Assembly (NCBI GenBank): GCA_963706575.1
Contig: CAVPNL010000006.1
Location: 608,001 to 672,000 of the forward strand
Length of the DNA stretch: 64,000 nucleotides
Origin: an uncultured delta proteobacterium
GTDB lineage: Bacteria > Desulfobacterota > Desulfobacteria > Desulfobacterales > JAHEIW01
Direction of reading: 5' to 3'
In this document: one piece after another, positions 39,774 through 50,397 of the stretch
Layout: each line of letters starts with the position of its first letter
How positions within the stretch are numbered: the first letter of the stretch is position 1
Program-made: the position numbers and the translations under genes
Notes under the pieces: generated by a model
Told to the model about the DNA's origin: nothing
The model's database searches: none
The model's input: the letters and a program-made list of their open reading frames with translations, nothing else

Positions 39774-42700
39774 TTGGAAGGCACCAATATGAAATGCTCA
39801 AAGTGCCAGTTTGAGAACCGTGTAGGGGTCAAGTTTTGTATTGAGTGTGGAAATGGATTAGAAGTCCGGTGTTCAAATTGTCATCATGCCAATCGTCCAG
39901 AAAGCAAGTTTTGCGAAGAATGCGGTTTTACCCTGAGCCAGACATCTGCTAAAGCTCCTGAAGTCCTCTCGTTTGATGAAAAATTGGAAAAAATGAAAAA
40001 GTACATACCTACAGGCCTCGCTGAGAAAATTTTATCCCAAAGAGATAAAATCGAAGGCGAACGCAAGCAGGTTACGGTAATGTTTTGCGACCTGGAAGGC
40101 TTTACCGGGCTTTCCGAAAAATTGGGCCCTGAGGAATCCTACACCATTATGGATCAGGTGTACGAAATCCTTATTCACCAGGTTCACGATTATGAGGGCA
40201 CTGTCAATGAGATGACTGGCGACGGAATTCTGGCCCTTTTTGGCGCCCCTATTGCCCTTGAAGATGCGCCCCAACGGGCGCTTCGTTCAGCCCTTTCGAT
40301 TCACCGCGAGATTTCCAAATTCAATGACCGAAATAAACAGAAGATTCCCATAAAAATGCGGATCGGCCTTCATACCGGCCCTGTTGTTGTGGGCACGCTG
40401 GGCAATGACCTCAGGGTCGAATTCAAGGCGGTAGGCGATACCGTCAACCTGGCCTCCCGAATGGAAAGCATCGCAGAGCCCGGGACAACCTATGTCACCC
40501 AGAATACCTTTCAACTGGCTGAGGGCCTTTTTGAGTTTGAGGCCATCGGCAAAAAGAAGGTAAAGGGCAAAACGGAATTAATTCAAGTATATAAGCTATT
40601 AGGCGATAAAGGCGATTTATACCGACCCCGTCTGGGCTCCGAGCGCATGATCTTCTCCAGGATGGTCGGAAGAGACGAATTACTTGACCGGCTGGAGCTA
40701 CAGGTGATGAAGGCCGTCAATGGCATGGGTTCGATTGTGAATATAATCGGGGAAGCCGGAATTGGTAAATCCAGACTCGTTGCTGAGTTGAAAAAGCGCG
40801 ATGTCATGAATCGGGTCGCAATTTTGGAAGGAAGAGCCATTTCCATCGGAAGAAACTTAAGCTTTTATCCCATTATTGATCTTTTGAAGCAATGGGCGCG
40901 GATAAGAGAAGATGATGACAAAAATGTGGCTTACAGCAAATTAGAGGCAGCCGTCAGGGATCTGTATCCGGAAAAAGCGGGTGAAATATTCCCGTTTGTG
41001 GCGACCCTCATGGGGATGAAACTCGCGGGTGCTTATGCGGAAAGGATTAAGGGTATCGAGGGCGAAGCCCTCGAAAAATTGATTTTCAATAATATGCGGT
41101 CATTAATAATTAAAGCAACCGAGCTGTCGCCTATGGTTATAGTTTCAGAAGATATGCACTGGGCTGACACGAGTACGATTGAAATCATGGAATTTTTGTT
41201 TCAATTGGTGGAGACGCATCGGGTCATATTTATCAATGTATTTCGACCTGACCACCCTGAAACGGGAGATCGCATAACGGCAAGCATTAAAAAAAGTATT
41301 TCGCGATATTATGTCGAATTAAAAATCGAGCCGCTTGACGGCAAAATGAGCCAGGAGCTCATCCGAAATATGCTCAACATCGGAGAGCTAAAGCACGCCG
41401 TTATTGGACAAATCGTTCAGCGGGCCGGCGGCAATCCGTTCTTCATTGAAGAGGTTGTGCGATCCTTCATTGATGAAAATGTGGTGGTATTGAAAAACGG
41501 AAAATTTGAGGTGACGGAAAAGATTGAAAAGACGGTTATCCCACATAGAATTATTGATGTGCTTATGGCCAGGATCGACCGTCTTGAGGAAGAAACGCGC
41601 AGCTTGATTAAAATCGCCGCCGTCATCGGCAGAAACTTTTTTTATCGAATTATAAAGGCGGTTGCAAATTCGGTTGAGGATATAGACAGCAAATTAGTGA
41701 ATCTGAAAGATTTGCAACTGGTCATAGAGCGCAAAAGAATGGAGGAGATAGAGTATTTCTTCAAACATGCGCTTGTCCAGGAGGTTGTATATGACTCCAT
41801 TCTTCACAAGAGTCGAAAAGAGCTGCACCTGAAGGTTGCGCACTCTTTTGAGAAAACTTTCAATAAAAGGTTGCATGAGTTTTATGGCATTCTTGCCTAT
41901 CACTACAGTCGAGCTGAGGATCCGGATAAAACCGAAGAGTACCTCATAAAAGCCGGCGAGGAAGCCCTGCGCTCCTCGGCATCGAGTGAAGCCTTAACCT
42001 ATTATCAGCAGGGATTGACACTCTATCGCCGCAAATATGGAGATGCGGCTGAGCCGGAAAAGCTGGCGACATTTGAAAAAAATATTGCCCTGGCATTATT
42101 TAACAAAGGCCAGATGGAAAGCGCGGCGGAGTACTTTGATAAGGTTCTGGAGCGCTGGGGAGCGGGATCGCCGAAAAATAAAGTAATTGTTGCGCTCAAA
42201 GCCATGTATGACCTGCTGGGAGTCATCCTAAACCTCTACTTTCCGTCAAAAAAGACCAGGAAGGTACCGACAACACGGGAAAATGAGATTTTTGATTTAA
42301 GATTTAAAAAGGCTGTTTCACTCGTGAATCTGGATCCGGTGAATTGCTTTATTGAATTTATCGGCACGCTGAATAAGGTCATTAAATTTGATACGACCAA
42401 AGTAAAAAACGGCATCGCCATCTGGATGAGCGGGAGCGGTCTTTTTTCCTGGAGCGGAGTGTCATTTAGCCTCAGCAGAAAAATACTGAATTATAATAAA
42501 GGCATATATGATAAACTGGGTGATAAAGAGGTTCTTTATTATGATCTGTATGAGCTTCTCCACCAGTCCTATGTCGGCGATTGGCTGAGTGTAAAGAAAT
42601 ATGACTCAGATTTAGTCGAAAAGAATTTAAAAATCGGAGAGTTCTGGCATGTATCAACCTACCTGGTGTTTCACGGACATATTTCCATCGGGCAGGGAGA

Positions 42701-43463
42701 ATTTGAAAAAACCAAAATGCTCATCACTAAATTAGGTGAAATTTCAAAGGATTATGCAAACGAAAACGGAACCGAATACGGATATACTCTGAAAATAAAA
42801 TTATTAATGCAATTTGGAAAGCTCCAGGATGCTCTTAGGGAAGTGGAGGAGGGCATTGCATTTCTGACGCAATCCGGGCGGGAAACCGGAATCATGCTTT
42901 ATCTTGGTTTTAAAGCCGTGATTCAGGTTCGATTGAAGGATTTTGACGGCGCCGAAAGGACACTGGCGCAAACAAGTGAGATTGCAGCAAAATCTATTCG
43001 CATCTTCCCAAATTACATGAGCAGCCCTCTTCTGGGACAGTTTTTATTGGATCTTCACTTTTTAGAACAGGCCATTTCAGAAGATAATGATTCAAATATT
43101 TCTCAATACAGCAAAATAGCTTACCAGAGCGGCCGGCGCGCCATCAAAAACTCAAAAAAATATGCTTTTGGCCGGGCTGAGCTGTTGCAGTTGATGGGCC
43201 TTTATTACTGGTTGATCGGTAAGCAAAAAAAGGCGATCGGCTTTTGGAAAAATGGCATCAAAGAGGCCGAGTTCCTCGGCGCAAGGGTCGAATGTGCAAG
43301 GATCTATATGGAAATCGGCAGACGTTGCCGAGAAATGAAGGCCATGGATTTGATATTAAATGATATCGATCCGGATGAATACCTGAAAAAGGCCAGAATT
43401 CTATTTGAAGAAATTGGCTTCCAGCAGGACCTGGATCAGCTGGACAAAATCATTGATGGTTGA
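39774..43463 (+). CDS. Double zinc ribbon + class III cyclase + AAA ATPase + TPR-like (STAND-type) protein; start probably ATG 39789
   Basis: Four CxxC; VTVMFCDLEG, TGDG, IGLHTG, GDTVNLASR; Walker A GEAGIGKS, EDMHWAD, GGNPFF, FKHAL. Confidence 0.92.
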   Translation: MEGTNMKCSKCQFENRVGVKFCIECGNGLEVRCSNCHHANRPESKFCEECGFTLSQTSAKAPEVLSFDEKLEKMKKYIPTGLAEKILSQRDKIEGERKQVTVMFCDLEGFTGLSEKLGPEESYTIMDQVYEILIHQVHDYEGTVNEMTGDGILALFGAPIALEDAPQRALRSALSIHREISKFNDRNKQKIPIKMRIGLHTGPVVVGTLGNDLRVEFKAVGDTVNLASRMESIAEPGTTYVTQNTFQLAEGLFEFEAIGKKKVKGKTELIQVYKLLGDKGDLYRPRLGSERMIFSRMVGRDELLDRLELQVMKAVNGMGSIVNIIGEAGIGKSRLVAELKKRDVMNRVAILEGRAISIGRNLSFYPIIDLLKQWARIREDDDKNVAYSKLEAAVRDLYPEKAGEIFPFVATLMGMKLAGAYAERIKGIEGEALEKLIFNNMRSLIIKATELSPMVIVSEDMHWADTSTIEIMEFLFQLVETHRVIFINVFRPDHPETGDRITASIKKSISRYYVELKIEPLDGKMSQELIRNMLNIGELKHAVIGQIVQRAGGNPFFIEEVVRSFIDENVVVLKNGKFEVTEKIEKTVIPHRIIDVLMARIDRLEEETRSLIKIAAVIGRNFFYRIIKAVANSVEDIDSKLVNLKDLQLVIERKRMEEIEYFFKHALVQEVVYDSILHKSRKELHLKVAHSFEKTFNKRLHEFYGILAYHYSRAEDPDKTEEYLIKAGEEALRSSASSEALTYYQQGLTLYRRKYGDAAEPEKLATFEKNIALALFNKGQMESAAEYFDKVLERWGAGSPKNKVIVALKAMYDLLGVILNLYFPSKKTRKVPTTRENEIFDLRFKKAVSLVNLDPVNCFIEFIGTLNKVIKFDTTKVKNGIAIWMSGSGLFSWSGVSFSLSRKILNYNKGIYDKLGDKEVLYYDLYELLHQSYVGDWLSVKKYDSDLVEKNLKIGEFWHVSTYLVFHGHISIGQGEFEKTKMLITKLGEISKDYANENGTEYGYTLKIKLLMQFGKLQDALREVEEGIAFLTQSGRETGIMLYLGFKAVIQVRLKDFDGAERTLAQTSEIAAKSIRIFPNYMSSPLLGQFLLDLHFLEQAISEDNDSNISQYSKIAYQSGRRAIKNSKKYAFGRAELLQLMGLYYWLIGKQKKAIGFWKNGIKEAEFLGARVECARIYMEIGRRCREMKAMDLILNDIDPDEYLKKARILFEEIGFQQDLDQLDKIIDG

Positions 43464-43602
43464 TAGACGCATTTCAAAATTGAATCAATTCATTAACTTC
43501 ATAGAGGACCCATAGGCATTTCAGATTCACCGCCCAACCCTTCATGCTCAGCATTTTGAATTTCAACAAATCCATGTTTTCTCAGCCGACAGGAAACATA
43601 CA

Positions 43603-44379
43603 GTGAGAAAAAGACTGCACAAATATTGGCCCCGGGTTTTGTACTGGTATGTCAGCTGTGTCGACAGGCGCGCCAATATTACTTTCCTGAACTACGGATA
43701 TTCCGATAACGGTCGGAAGATTAATCTACCGGCAGACCAGGAACCGGATCGTTACTCGATACAATTATACCACCATATAGCCAAAAATGTTGATTTCCGG
43801 AATAAGGCCCTGGTTGAGATCGGTTGCGGGCGGGGAGGGGGACTGTTCTACCTGGTAAAAAAATGGGCTCCCGAATCAGCCATCGGAATCGATATCAGCA
43901 AGGCAGCCATCAGATTCTGCAATCGTCATTTCAAAGAGGAACGGCTGTCCTTTTTACACGGTAACGCACAAAAGCTGCCTCTGGCGGATAATTCATGTGA
44001 TCTTGCAGTGAACGTTGAATCCTCGCATCGATATGAAAATTTTGGGAAATTTTTATCCGAAGTTCACCGGGTTCTGCGCAAAGATGGCGTGTTGCTGCTG
44101 GCAGATTATCGCAGCAGAAATAAAATGGATGGGCTTCGCAAGGATATAGAAGAAGCTTCATTTAAAATTGTCAAAGAAGAGTTTCTTAACAGGCAGATCG
44201 TGTCCGCGTTGAAAGAGGCTGGCGATAGGAAGCGGCAATTTGTAAAGATCGTGGCGCCATGGTTTTTATACACTTTTGGAGTGGACTTCGCCGATAAAAT
44301 TGAAGCGAAGTTGATTCAAAGATTTACCCATAAGCAAAAGCTTTATTTTAACTATACCCTGCAAAAGCAATCAGCTTGA
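43603..44379 (+). CDS. Class I SAM-dependent methyltransferase (fatty-acid/phthiotriol O-methyltransferase-like)
   Basis: FLNYGY, RYSIQLYH, EIGCGRGGG, NVESSHRY. Confidence 0.8.
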   Translation: MRKRLHKYWPRVLYWYVSCVDRRANITFLNYGYSDNGRKINLPADQEPDRYSIQLYHHIAKNVDFRNKALVEIGCGRGGGLFYLVKKWAPESAIGIDISKAAIRFCNRHFKEERLSFLHGNAQKLPLADNSCDLAVNVESSHRYENFGKFLSEVHRVLRKDGVLLLADYRSRNKMDGLRKDIEEASFKIVKEEFLNRQIVSALKEAGDRKRQFVKIVAPWFLYTFGVDFADKIEAKLIQRFTHKQKLYFNYTLQKQSA

Positions 44380-44401
44380 TCGCTAATTTGCCGCTATGAG
44401 A

Positions 44402-45541
44402 TTAAGTCGACGGGGCTGTTAACTTCTTTTTAAAGATTCTCGAACGGCGCTTATTGATAACCGCGTACTTTACCCAGATTCGGGTTATGGTGGTATTGGT
44501 TTCAAGCTCCCGATTGGTTTCCAGATACTTAACCCCGTGTTTTTCCAGCGCCCGATGCATAGCCAGCGCCAGCATCGGGAAAATCTTGCGGGCATTGCCC
44601 TCCGGATGGACACCCGCAAAATAGAAATCCACTGTGTCATACTTCTTGAACCCCCGCAAAATATACCAGAATCCAAAGGGAAAAAGCCTTCCTCTGGTCT
44701 TTTTAAACGCCCGGCTTAGAGATGGAAGCCCCAGAAACAGACCCTGAAGGCGATCATGGCGATCGACGACCATCAAGAGAAAATCCGGATTCACAAAGCC
44801 GAAATATTTTTGGGTGTAATATTTTTTCTGCGCATCCGTCAGCGGGGTCACGCCGAATAGATGCGCGAAAGAAGCCTCCAGCACATCCCACCATTGATCG
44901 ACATATCTTAGAATGTCTTTCTTCTTTGTTAATTTTAGCAGCCTGTACCCTTCACTTTCGGCTGCAGCAACCCTTCTGTCCATCTTCTTGAAAAGCGGGC
45001 TGTCTTTGGGGAATTCCACCCGGTGTTCAAGGTAATCGACTTCTTTCTCAAGCCCAAAATCTTCAAGAAGCCTGCGATAATACGGGAGATTATAGCTACC
45101 GGCAATCGTCGGCACGGCATCAAATCCATCGATTAAAAGCCCTTCCGGGTCAAGATCCGAAAAACCGTGCGGGCCCGTGATTTCCCGGCATCCTTCCCGG
45201 ATAAACCACTTCTCGAGGTATCCAAGCAGGGCCCGCGCTGCATGCGGGTCATCAATGCATTCAAACCAGCCGAAACGGCCACGCTTGTAACCGAGCTTTT
45301 TTTCCTCGAGTTTGTGTATAATCCCGCAAACCCGTCCGACCGATTTTTCGTTTTGGCGTACCAGCAATAGTTTTGTATCGGCAACCTGAAAACAGGGATT
45401 GCGGTCTGCCGAAAAAAAATCCAACTCTTCGCGCCTGATCTGCGGTACGTAATTTTTATCGTTGCGATAAAAGCGGAACGGAAAATCAACCCATTCCTGC
45501 AACTCGGATTTCGTCTGGACTTCAACAATCGATAGTGTCAT
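44402..45541 (-). CDS. GNAT-fold N-acyltransferase, YghO-like
   Basis: GRVCG, GRFGWFEC, EGLLIDGFD, YNLPYY, GRLFPFG, ELETN; start taken at MTLSIVEV. Confidence 0.75.
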   Translation of the reverse strand: MTLSIVEVQTKSELQEWVDFPFRFYRNDKNYVPQIRREELDFFSADRNPCFQVADTKLLLVRQNEKSVGRVCGIIHKLEEKKLGYKRGRFGWFECIDDPHAARALLGYLEKWFIREGCREITGPHGFSDLDPEGLLIDGFDAVPTIAGSYNLPYYRRLLEDFGLEKEVDYLEHRVEFPKDSPLFKKMDRRVAAAESEGYRLLKLTKKKDILRYVDQWWDVLEASFAHLFGVTPLTDAQKKYYTQKYFGFVNPDFLLMVVDRHDRLQGLFLGLPSLSRAFKKTRGRLFPFGFWYILRGFKKYDTVDFYFAGVHPEGNARKIFPMLALAMHRALEKHGVKYLETNRELETNTTITRIWVKYAVINKRRSRIFKKKLTAPST

Positions 45542-45563
45542 TTTGCAAATTCGCTTGAAAATT

Positions 45564-46703
45564 CTAAGTTCTATCCCAACCATCCATGAGGACGCGCAGC
45601 GCATTTGTTTTAAATATTTTTTCGATTTCCGGATCCGAGAAGCCTGAATTATTTAGTTCGGACTGAAGATCCGGGAACATGGCCGGATCATTGATGTCAT
45701 CCGGAGGGTCTGTAAATCCATCGAAATCAGTACCAATGGCCACGTGATCGATGCCGGCGATATTTACCATGTTTTTGATATGGTCGGCAGTATTGGCAAT
45801 GAGATCCAGGCCGTCTTTGGGTGGATTGGGAGACTTCAACCAGTAGGTATAGAAAATGATGCCCACAACGCCGCCACTATCGGCGATTTTTTTGATTTCA
45901 TCGTTAGTGGGATTCATCGGGTGCGAATTCATGTCATGAACACCGACGTGGGACATAATCAGGGGGCGTTGATTGTTATTCAGGTTAAAAATTTCAGTGC
46001 GGGCCGCCGGCGTACAATGGGTCATATCGATGATCATACCCAGCTGGAGCATCTTATTAATAACGTCTACGCCAAAGGGAAACAGGCCACCCTCCTGAAT
46101 TCGCTGATTTTGGAAGCAACCGAATGATTGGAAATCCGGAGGTATGCCCCCCACGCATTGGGTGGCTTCATTTTCATAAACATGCGCGGGCGTCAGCATG
46201 CACACCCCCTTGTTAAATAATTTTTCGAGATTTTCAATTTTACCTTCTAACGTATGGGCGCCCTCTACAGCATGCAAAAAGACGATTTTATCAGAGGCAA
46301 GCGCCGCCTGTAATTCGGTTTTGGTATTCGCAATCGTCACCTGGCAGCCATTTTGCTGCGCTTTTTCTACAGCCTCATTGAATAGATTGATCATCTTTTT
46401 GGTAACCTTGTAACGCTTTCTTTTGAGCATCTTTTTCCAGCGGCCGATAAACAGGCCTCCCACCGACAAACCTGACTTTATCAACCAACAATCATCGATC
46501 ATCTCTTTTTCCAGCACGTAATGGCTGCATATGAGAGTTTGCACGCCGCCGGCTTTCATTTTTGGCAGGCTGGCCCTCAGAGTCAGAGGATTCCAGGCAC
46601 CTCCGGCCGGATAATTTTTATATAGCTTTTTTTTAAAGAGATAGACCTTGAGTGATGGATGGGCGTGCAGGTCGAACACAGGTTGGGTAATTGAGTTGGG
46701 CAT
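45564..46703 (-). CDS. Membrane dipeptidase (M19) family amidohydrolase
   Basis: DLHAH, VEGAH, IDMTH, MSH, AIGTDFDG, NALRV. Confidence 0.85.
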   Translation of the reverse strand: MPNSITQPVFDLHAHPSLKVYLFKKKLYKNYPAGGAWNPLTLRASLPKMKAGGVQTLICSHYVLEKEMIDDCWLIKSGLSVGGLFIGRWKKMLKRKRYKVTKKMINLFNEAVEKAQQNGCQVTIANTKTELQAALASDKIVFLHAVEGAHTLEGKIENLEKLFNKGVCMLTPAHVYENEATQCVGGIPPDFQSFGCFQNQRIQEGGLFPFGVDVINKMLQLGMIIDMTHCTPAARTEIFNLNNNQRPLIMSHVGVHDMNSHPMNPTNDEIKKIADSGGVVGIIFYTYWLKSPNPPKDGLDLIANTADHIKNMVNIAGIDHVAIGTDFDGFTDPPDDINDPAMFPDLQSELNNSGFSDPEIEKIFKTNALRVLMDGWDRT

Positions 46704-46934
46704 TTTTACCTCCTTTTGTTTATTGCCCTGGTGCCGAATTCACGAATCCGGGTCGTCCAGAGGGTAGCTATCATTTTAGTTTAGCTGTAACTTTTGGAAG
46801 TAAAAAACAGGATTTGGGGTATGATCCTTTCATGTGTTTATAAGCCTGGTTTTAGGGATAAATCAAGACCAAAAGCCCAACTCGTTCTTTGGCCTCATAT
46901 ATAAATAAAGCCAGCTAGCCTGTCTTTAGTTCTG

Positions 46935-46997
46935 TCGTTAAAAAATCAAGCTGACGTGAAGCTATTTGCCGACGCGCTGCGCAAGGCCGGGCTCCCT
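46935..46997 (+). pseudogene. C-terminal fragment of a TolB-like/TPR adenylate cyclase gene
   Basis: Translation KNQADVKLFADALRKAGLP matches the typical ALRKAGL terminus of that family. Confidence 0.5.
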
Positions 46998-47162
46998 ACC
47001 TTAAGCAAAATTATGCCGGCTGCCATGACCTGCCCAAATTAAGTGATTTGCAGCCCGTCAAACTTTAAAAAGGTGTTGACCCACAGGCATCGTTTTGACA
47101 TAGTTTTTTTTCTGAAAAATGATAGTTCCTATCTCTAACAAATATAAAAATAGGAAACTATT

Positions 47163-49046
47163 TTGGAAAATAAACTAGACAAAGCACCTTTCTCTTTCCT
47201 GCCGGAAAAGGCAAAAGAAGATCTTTTGAGTCATTTTTCCTCTGAAACAATAAAAAAAAACTCCATACTTCTGGTCCAGGAAATAACGTCGATTGAAAAA
47301 TTCTTGGTTCTTTCCCGGGGATCTGCTCAATATTATTTTGAACAGAATAATGAAAAAACCCTTCAGGGCCGATTAAATGAAGGCGACAATTTCGGGGGCA
47401 TCTCGATCCTGCTAAATGATGCTGTGACCATAAGGACATTGAAGGTGCTTGAAGATTCAGTTTTTTTAAGTTTGGATGCTAATATTTTTTTAAAGGTCTG
47501 CACAGAGTTTGAAGAATTTAAAGCCTATTTTACCAATGCCTTTGGAAAGTTGATGCTGAATAAGTCCTACGCCGGTATTATTGCACGACAGATAAAGGAT
47601 AAGGAATTTAATTTACCTTTTTTTAACCAGCCCATTTCAGCAATTTTCAGGCCCAATATTGTCACCTGTCCACATGATGCAACCGTTAGCGAAGTTGCTC
47701 AAAAAATGGCAAAAAACAATTCAGGGTCATTATTCATAAAGGATGAAAAAGGAAAAGTTGATACCATAATAACAGATGCCGATCTAATAAAGAGTACCTT
47801 AGCCGAAGGGCTGGGCGATGGAGATCCTGCCTCAGCCATTGTATCATACCCCGTTGTTTCAGTTCCTGCCGATTCCCAGGTTTTTGAAGCCTTTATCACC
47901 ATGACTGTAGAAGACAAGAAGCATCTGGCAGTTTCCAGCAAAGCCAATGATATTATCGGCACGATCTCCGATAAAGATTTGATCGCTGCCCAGGCGAATT
48001 CCACATATCTTCTCATCAAAACCATAAAATCAGCTAAAAATGTCGATCAACTTGAAAACATGCACTCGAAAATGGCTTTAATGCTTCTTGACCCCATTCG
48101 AAACGGCGCAAATCCCGAATATGTCACACGGCTGATCACCTCATTTTCCGATGCTATTCTGGATAAAGTCATTGAATTCAGCATTGCAAAGCTGGGCAGC
48201 CCTCCCTGTAAATTTGCCTTCATGATCATGGGCTCAGAAGGTCGTGAAGAGCAAACCCTTGTTTCTGACCAGGACAACGGCATTGTTTACGAAGACCTTG
48301 AAAATGATAAAGACAAGGCATATGCATCAGAGTATTTCGGCAAACTTGCCGGGCTTGTGTGTAACCAGCTCAATACTGCCGGATACAAGTTTTGTGCTGG
48401 CGATTGCATGGCTAAAAATCCCAAATGGTGTCAGCCGCTGTTAAATTGGAAAAAGTATTTTCACAACTGGATCTATCAAGGATCGAATGAAGATCTTCTT
48501 CATTCAAGTATTTTTTTCGATTTCAGAGGGGTTTGGGGAGATCTGGAACTAACAGATCAACTGAAATCATTTCTTCTTGATTCTGTGCAAAAAAGGTCTG
48601 GATTTTTAAGGCATTTAACAGAAAATGCATTACATTTTAAACCACCCATAGGTCTGTTCGGCAAACTGCTTGTCGAATCCAATGGGGAACACAAAGATTC
48701 TTTAAATATTAAATGGGCCATGCAGCCGATTGTTGACCTTGCACGGGTCTATTCCTTGAAACACGGCATTGTTCAAACCAACACCCTCACCAGACTTTTC
48801 AGACTGTATACAAAAAACGTATTTAGCAATAAACAGTATATTGATCTGGTACAGTCCTACAACTATGTGATGCATTTGAGATTCTTGAGACAGATTACCA
48901 CGATCATCGATGAAGAAAAACAGCCTGACAATTATATCAATCCGAATAATCTTTCTTATCTTGATACGGCCATGTTAAAAGAAGTATTTAAAAAAATCGA
49001 ACAATTTCAAAAGAGTTTGCAAGCCGAATTTGTTGGAACGACGTAA
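47163..49046 (+). CDS. cNMP-binding + CBS pair + DUF294 nucleotidyltransferase-like protein
   Basis: GDNFGG cNMP domain, CBS repeats, MGSEGREEQTLVSDQDN, CMAKNPKWC, IFFDFR. Confidence 0.9.
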   Translation: MENKLDKAPFSFLPEKAKEDLLSHFSSETIKKNSILLVQEITSIEKFLVLSRGSAQYYFEQNNEKTLQGRLNEGDNFGGISILLNDAVTIRTLKVLEDSVFLSLDANIFLKVCTEFEEFKAYFTNAFGKLMLNKSYAGIIARQIKDKEFNLPFFNQPISAIFRPNIVTCPHDATVSEVAQKMAKNNSGSLFIKDEKGKVDTIITDADLIKSTLAEGLGDGDPASAIVSYPVVSVPADSQVFEAFITMTVEDKKHLAVSSKANDIIGTISDKDLIAAQANSTYLLIKTIKSAKNVDQLENMHSKMALMLLDPIRNGANPEYVTRLITSFSDAILDKVIEFSIAKLGSPPCKFAFMIMGSEGREEQTLVSDQDNGIVYEDLENDKDKAYASEYFGKLAGLVCNQLNTAGYKFCAGDCMAKNPKWCQPLLNWKKYFHNWIYQGSNEDLLHSSIFFDFRGVWGDLELTDQLKSFLLDSVQKRSGFLRHLTENALHFKPPIGLFGKLLVESNGEHKDSLNIKWAMQPIVDLARVYSLKHGIVQTNTLTRLFRLYTKNVFSNKQYIDLVQSYNYVMHLRFLRQITTIIDEEKQPDNYINPNNLSYLDTAMLKEVFKKIEQFQKSLQAEFVGTT

Positions 49047-49058
49047 TAAAAGGGACCC

Positions 49059-49562
49059 ATGGAAAATACACAACCGCTAAATGATAAAAAGATACTTATT
49101 GTTGATGATGAACCCGATATAATCGAATCGCTGGAAGAGCTTTTGGAGGACATGTTTATGGTTGACTCAGCATCCTCATTTGAGGAGGCTGTCTCCTGCC
49201 TTAAAAACAACACCTATGACGCAGCCATATTAGATATCATGGGAGTTAGGGGATATGATCTTCTTGAAGCCACACACACTCTGGGAATTCCAACCTTAAT
49301 GCTGACGGCACACGCACTCAGCCCGGATAATCTGAAAAAATCAATTGAGCTAGGCGCCGATGCTTATATACCCAAATCTAAAATGGTGGATATTTCCATG
49401 TATGTAGAAGATGTTTTAATCTCTAGACAAGACAAGAGAAAAAATAATTTCAAATGGTATGCCAGGTTTATGCCTCTTTTTGACAAATTCTTCGGGGAAG
49501 GATGGAAGGACCCGGAAAAGGAATTCTGGGAAGAGTTTGATAAAAAACACGTCGAACAGTGA
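49059..49562 (+). CDS. Single-domain response regulator
   Basis: ILIVDDE, LDIMG (phospho-Asp), LTAH, IPK. Confidence 0.9.
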   Translation: MENTQPLNDKKILIVDDEPDIIESLEELLEDMFMVDSASSFEEAVSCLKNNTYDAAILDIMGVRGYDLLEATHTLGIPTLMLTAHALSPDNLKKSIELGADAYIPKSKMVDISMYVEDVLISRQDKRKNNFKWYARFMPLFDKFFGEGWKDPEKEFWEEFDKKHVEQ

Positions 49563-49596
49563 AACATTATTTCGGATGAGCAATTCCATTTTTTAT

Positions 49597-49690
49597 TAGA
49601 ATCCATCTCAAAAATAGGATTTTCGTTCAAGATTGCGGCGAGGCACCAACAAAGATATTGGGCCAAAAGACATTTTTGAGATGCGTTCTA
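49597..49690. mobile_element. Short MITE-like element
   Basis: TAGAATCCATCTCAAAAAT ... ATTTTTGAGATGCGTTCTA inverted ends, related to 32881-33036. Confidence 0.6.
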
Positions 49691-49772
49691 ATATTCTGGT
49701 AGTAAATTGAAGTCGAGGAAATATGGGTTGGCAAAGGCGTAAAATGAAAAACAGATTACAAGAGGAAAACCT

Positions 49773-50285
49773 ATGACTGAGACATTGAAGGGGAAAAAGA
49801 TTTTAATCGTTGATGATGAACCCGATGTTTTGGAAACTCTTTGTGAACTATTGGATATGTGCGTGATTGATTATGCCCGCAATTTTGAGACGGCCGAAAG
49901 GTTGCTTAAAGAAAATTCTTACGACGCAGCCATTTTCGATATTATGGGGGTAAAAGGGTATGATCTCCTTCAGCTGGCCAGAGGTAGAGAATTGCCTGCT
50001 CTAATGCTGACCGCTCATGCGCTTAGTCCGGATCATTTGGTGAAATCCCTGAAAGGGGGAGCCTTCTCATATATTCCAAAAGATGAAATGGTCGATATAG
50101 CCTTTTATCTAGATGACGCAATCCAGGGGAAATTAAAAGGTGATCGAAAATCCCAAAATTGGTTTGCAAAAATAAGCTCAGTCTTTGATAAAAAGTTTGG
50201 TTCTGATTGGCGAATCAAACATAAAAAGGCCCTAAAGGATTTCGATCTGACACATACCAGGGAAGAATTGGAAAAAATATTATAA
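49773..50285 (+). CDS. Single-domain response regulator (paralogue of 49059-49562)
   Basis: ILIVDDE, FDIMG, LTAHALSPD, IPK. Confidence 0.9.
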   Translation: MTETLKGKKILIVDDEPDVLETLCELLDMCVIDYARNFETAERLLKENSYDAAIFDIMGVKGYDLLQLARGRELPALMLTAHALSPDHLVKSLKGGAFSYIPKDEMVDIAFYLDDAIQGKLKGDRKSQNWFAKISSVFDKKFGSDWRIKHKKALKDFDLTHTREELEKIL

Positions 50286-50364
50286 GGAATTGCACCTCAG
50301 GCAATGAAATTGCTCGAGAGAGCTTGAATTTTGCACGCAGCCTGATCTAATTGAGTCCGGAATT

Positions 50365-50397
50365 AGGGGTTACAGCATTTGTCGTAACCCCTTTTTT
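50365..50397 (+). terminator. Intrinsic terminator
   Basis: AGGGGTTAC/GTAACCCCT stem followed by a T run, between convergent genes. Confidence 0.75.

Noticed and set aside
46985..47005. ctccctacc as an attR copy of the tRNA-Val 3' end
   Set aside because: Match too short, and better explained as part of the ALRKAGLP coding remnant.
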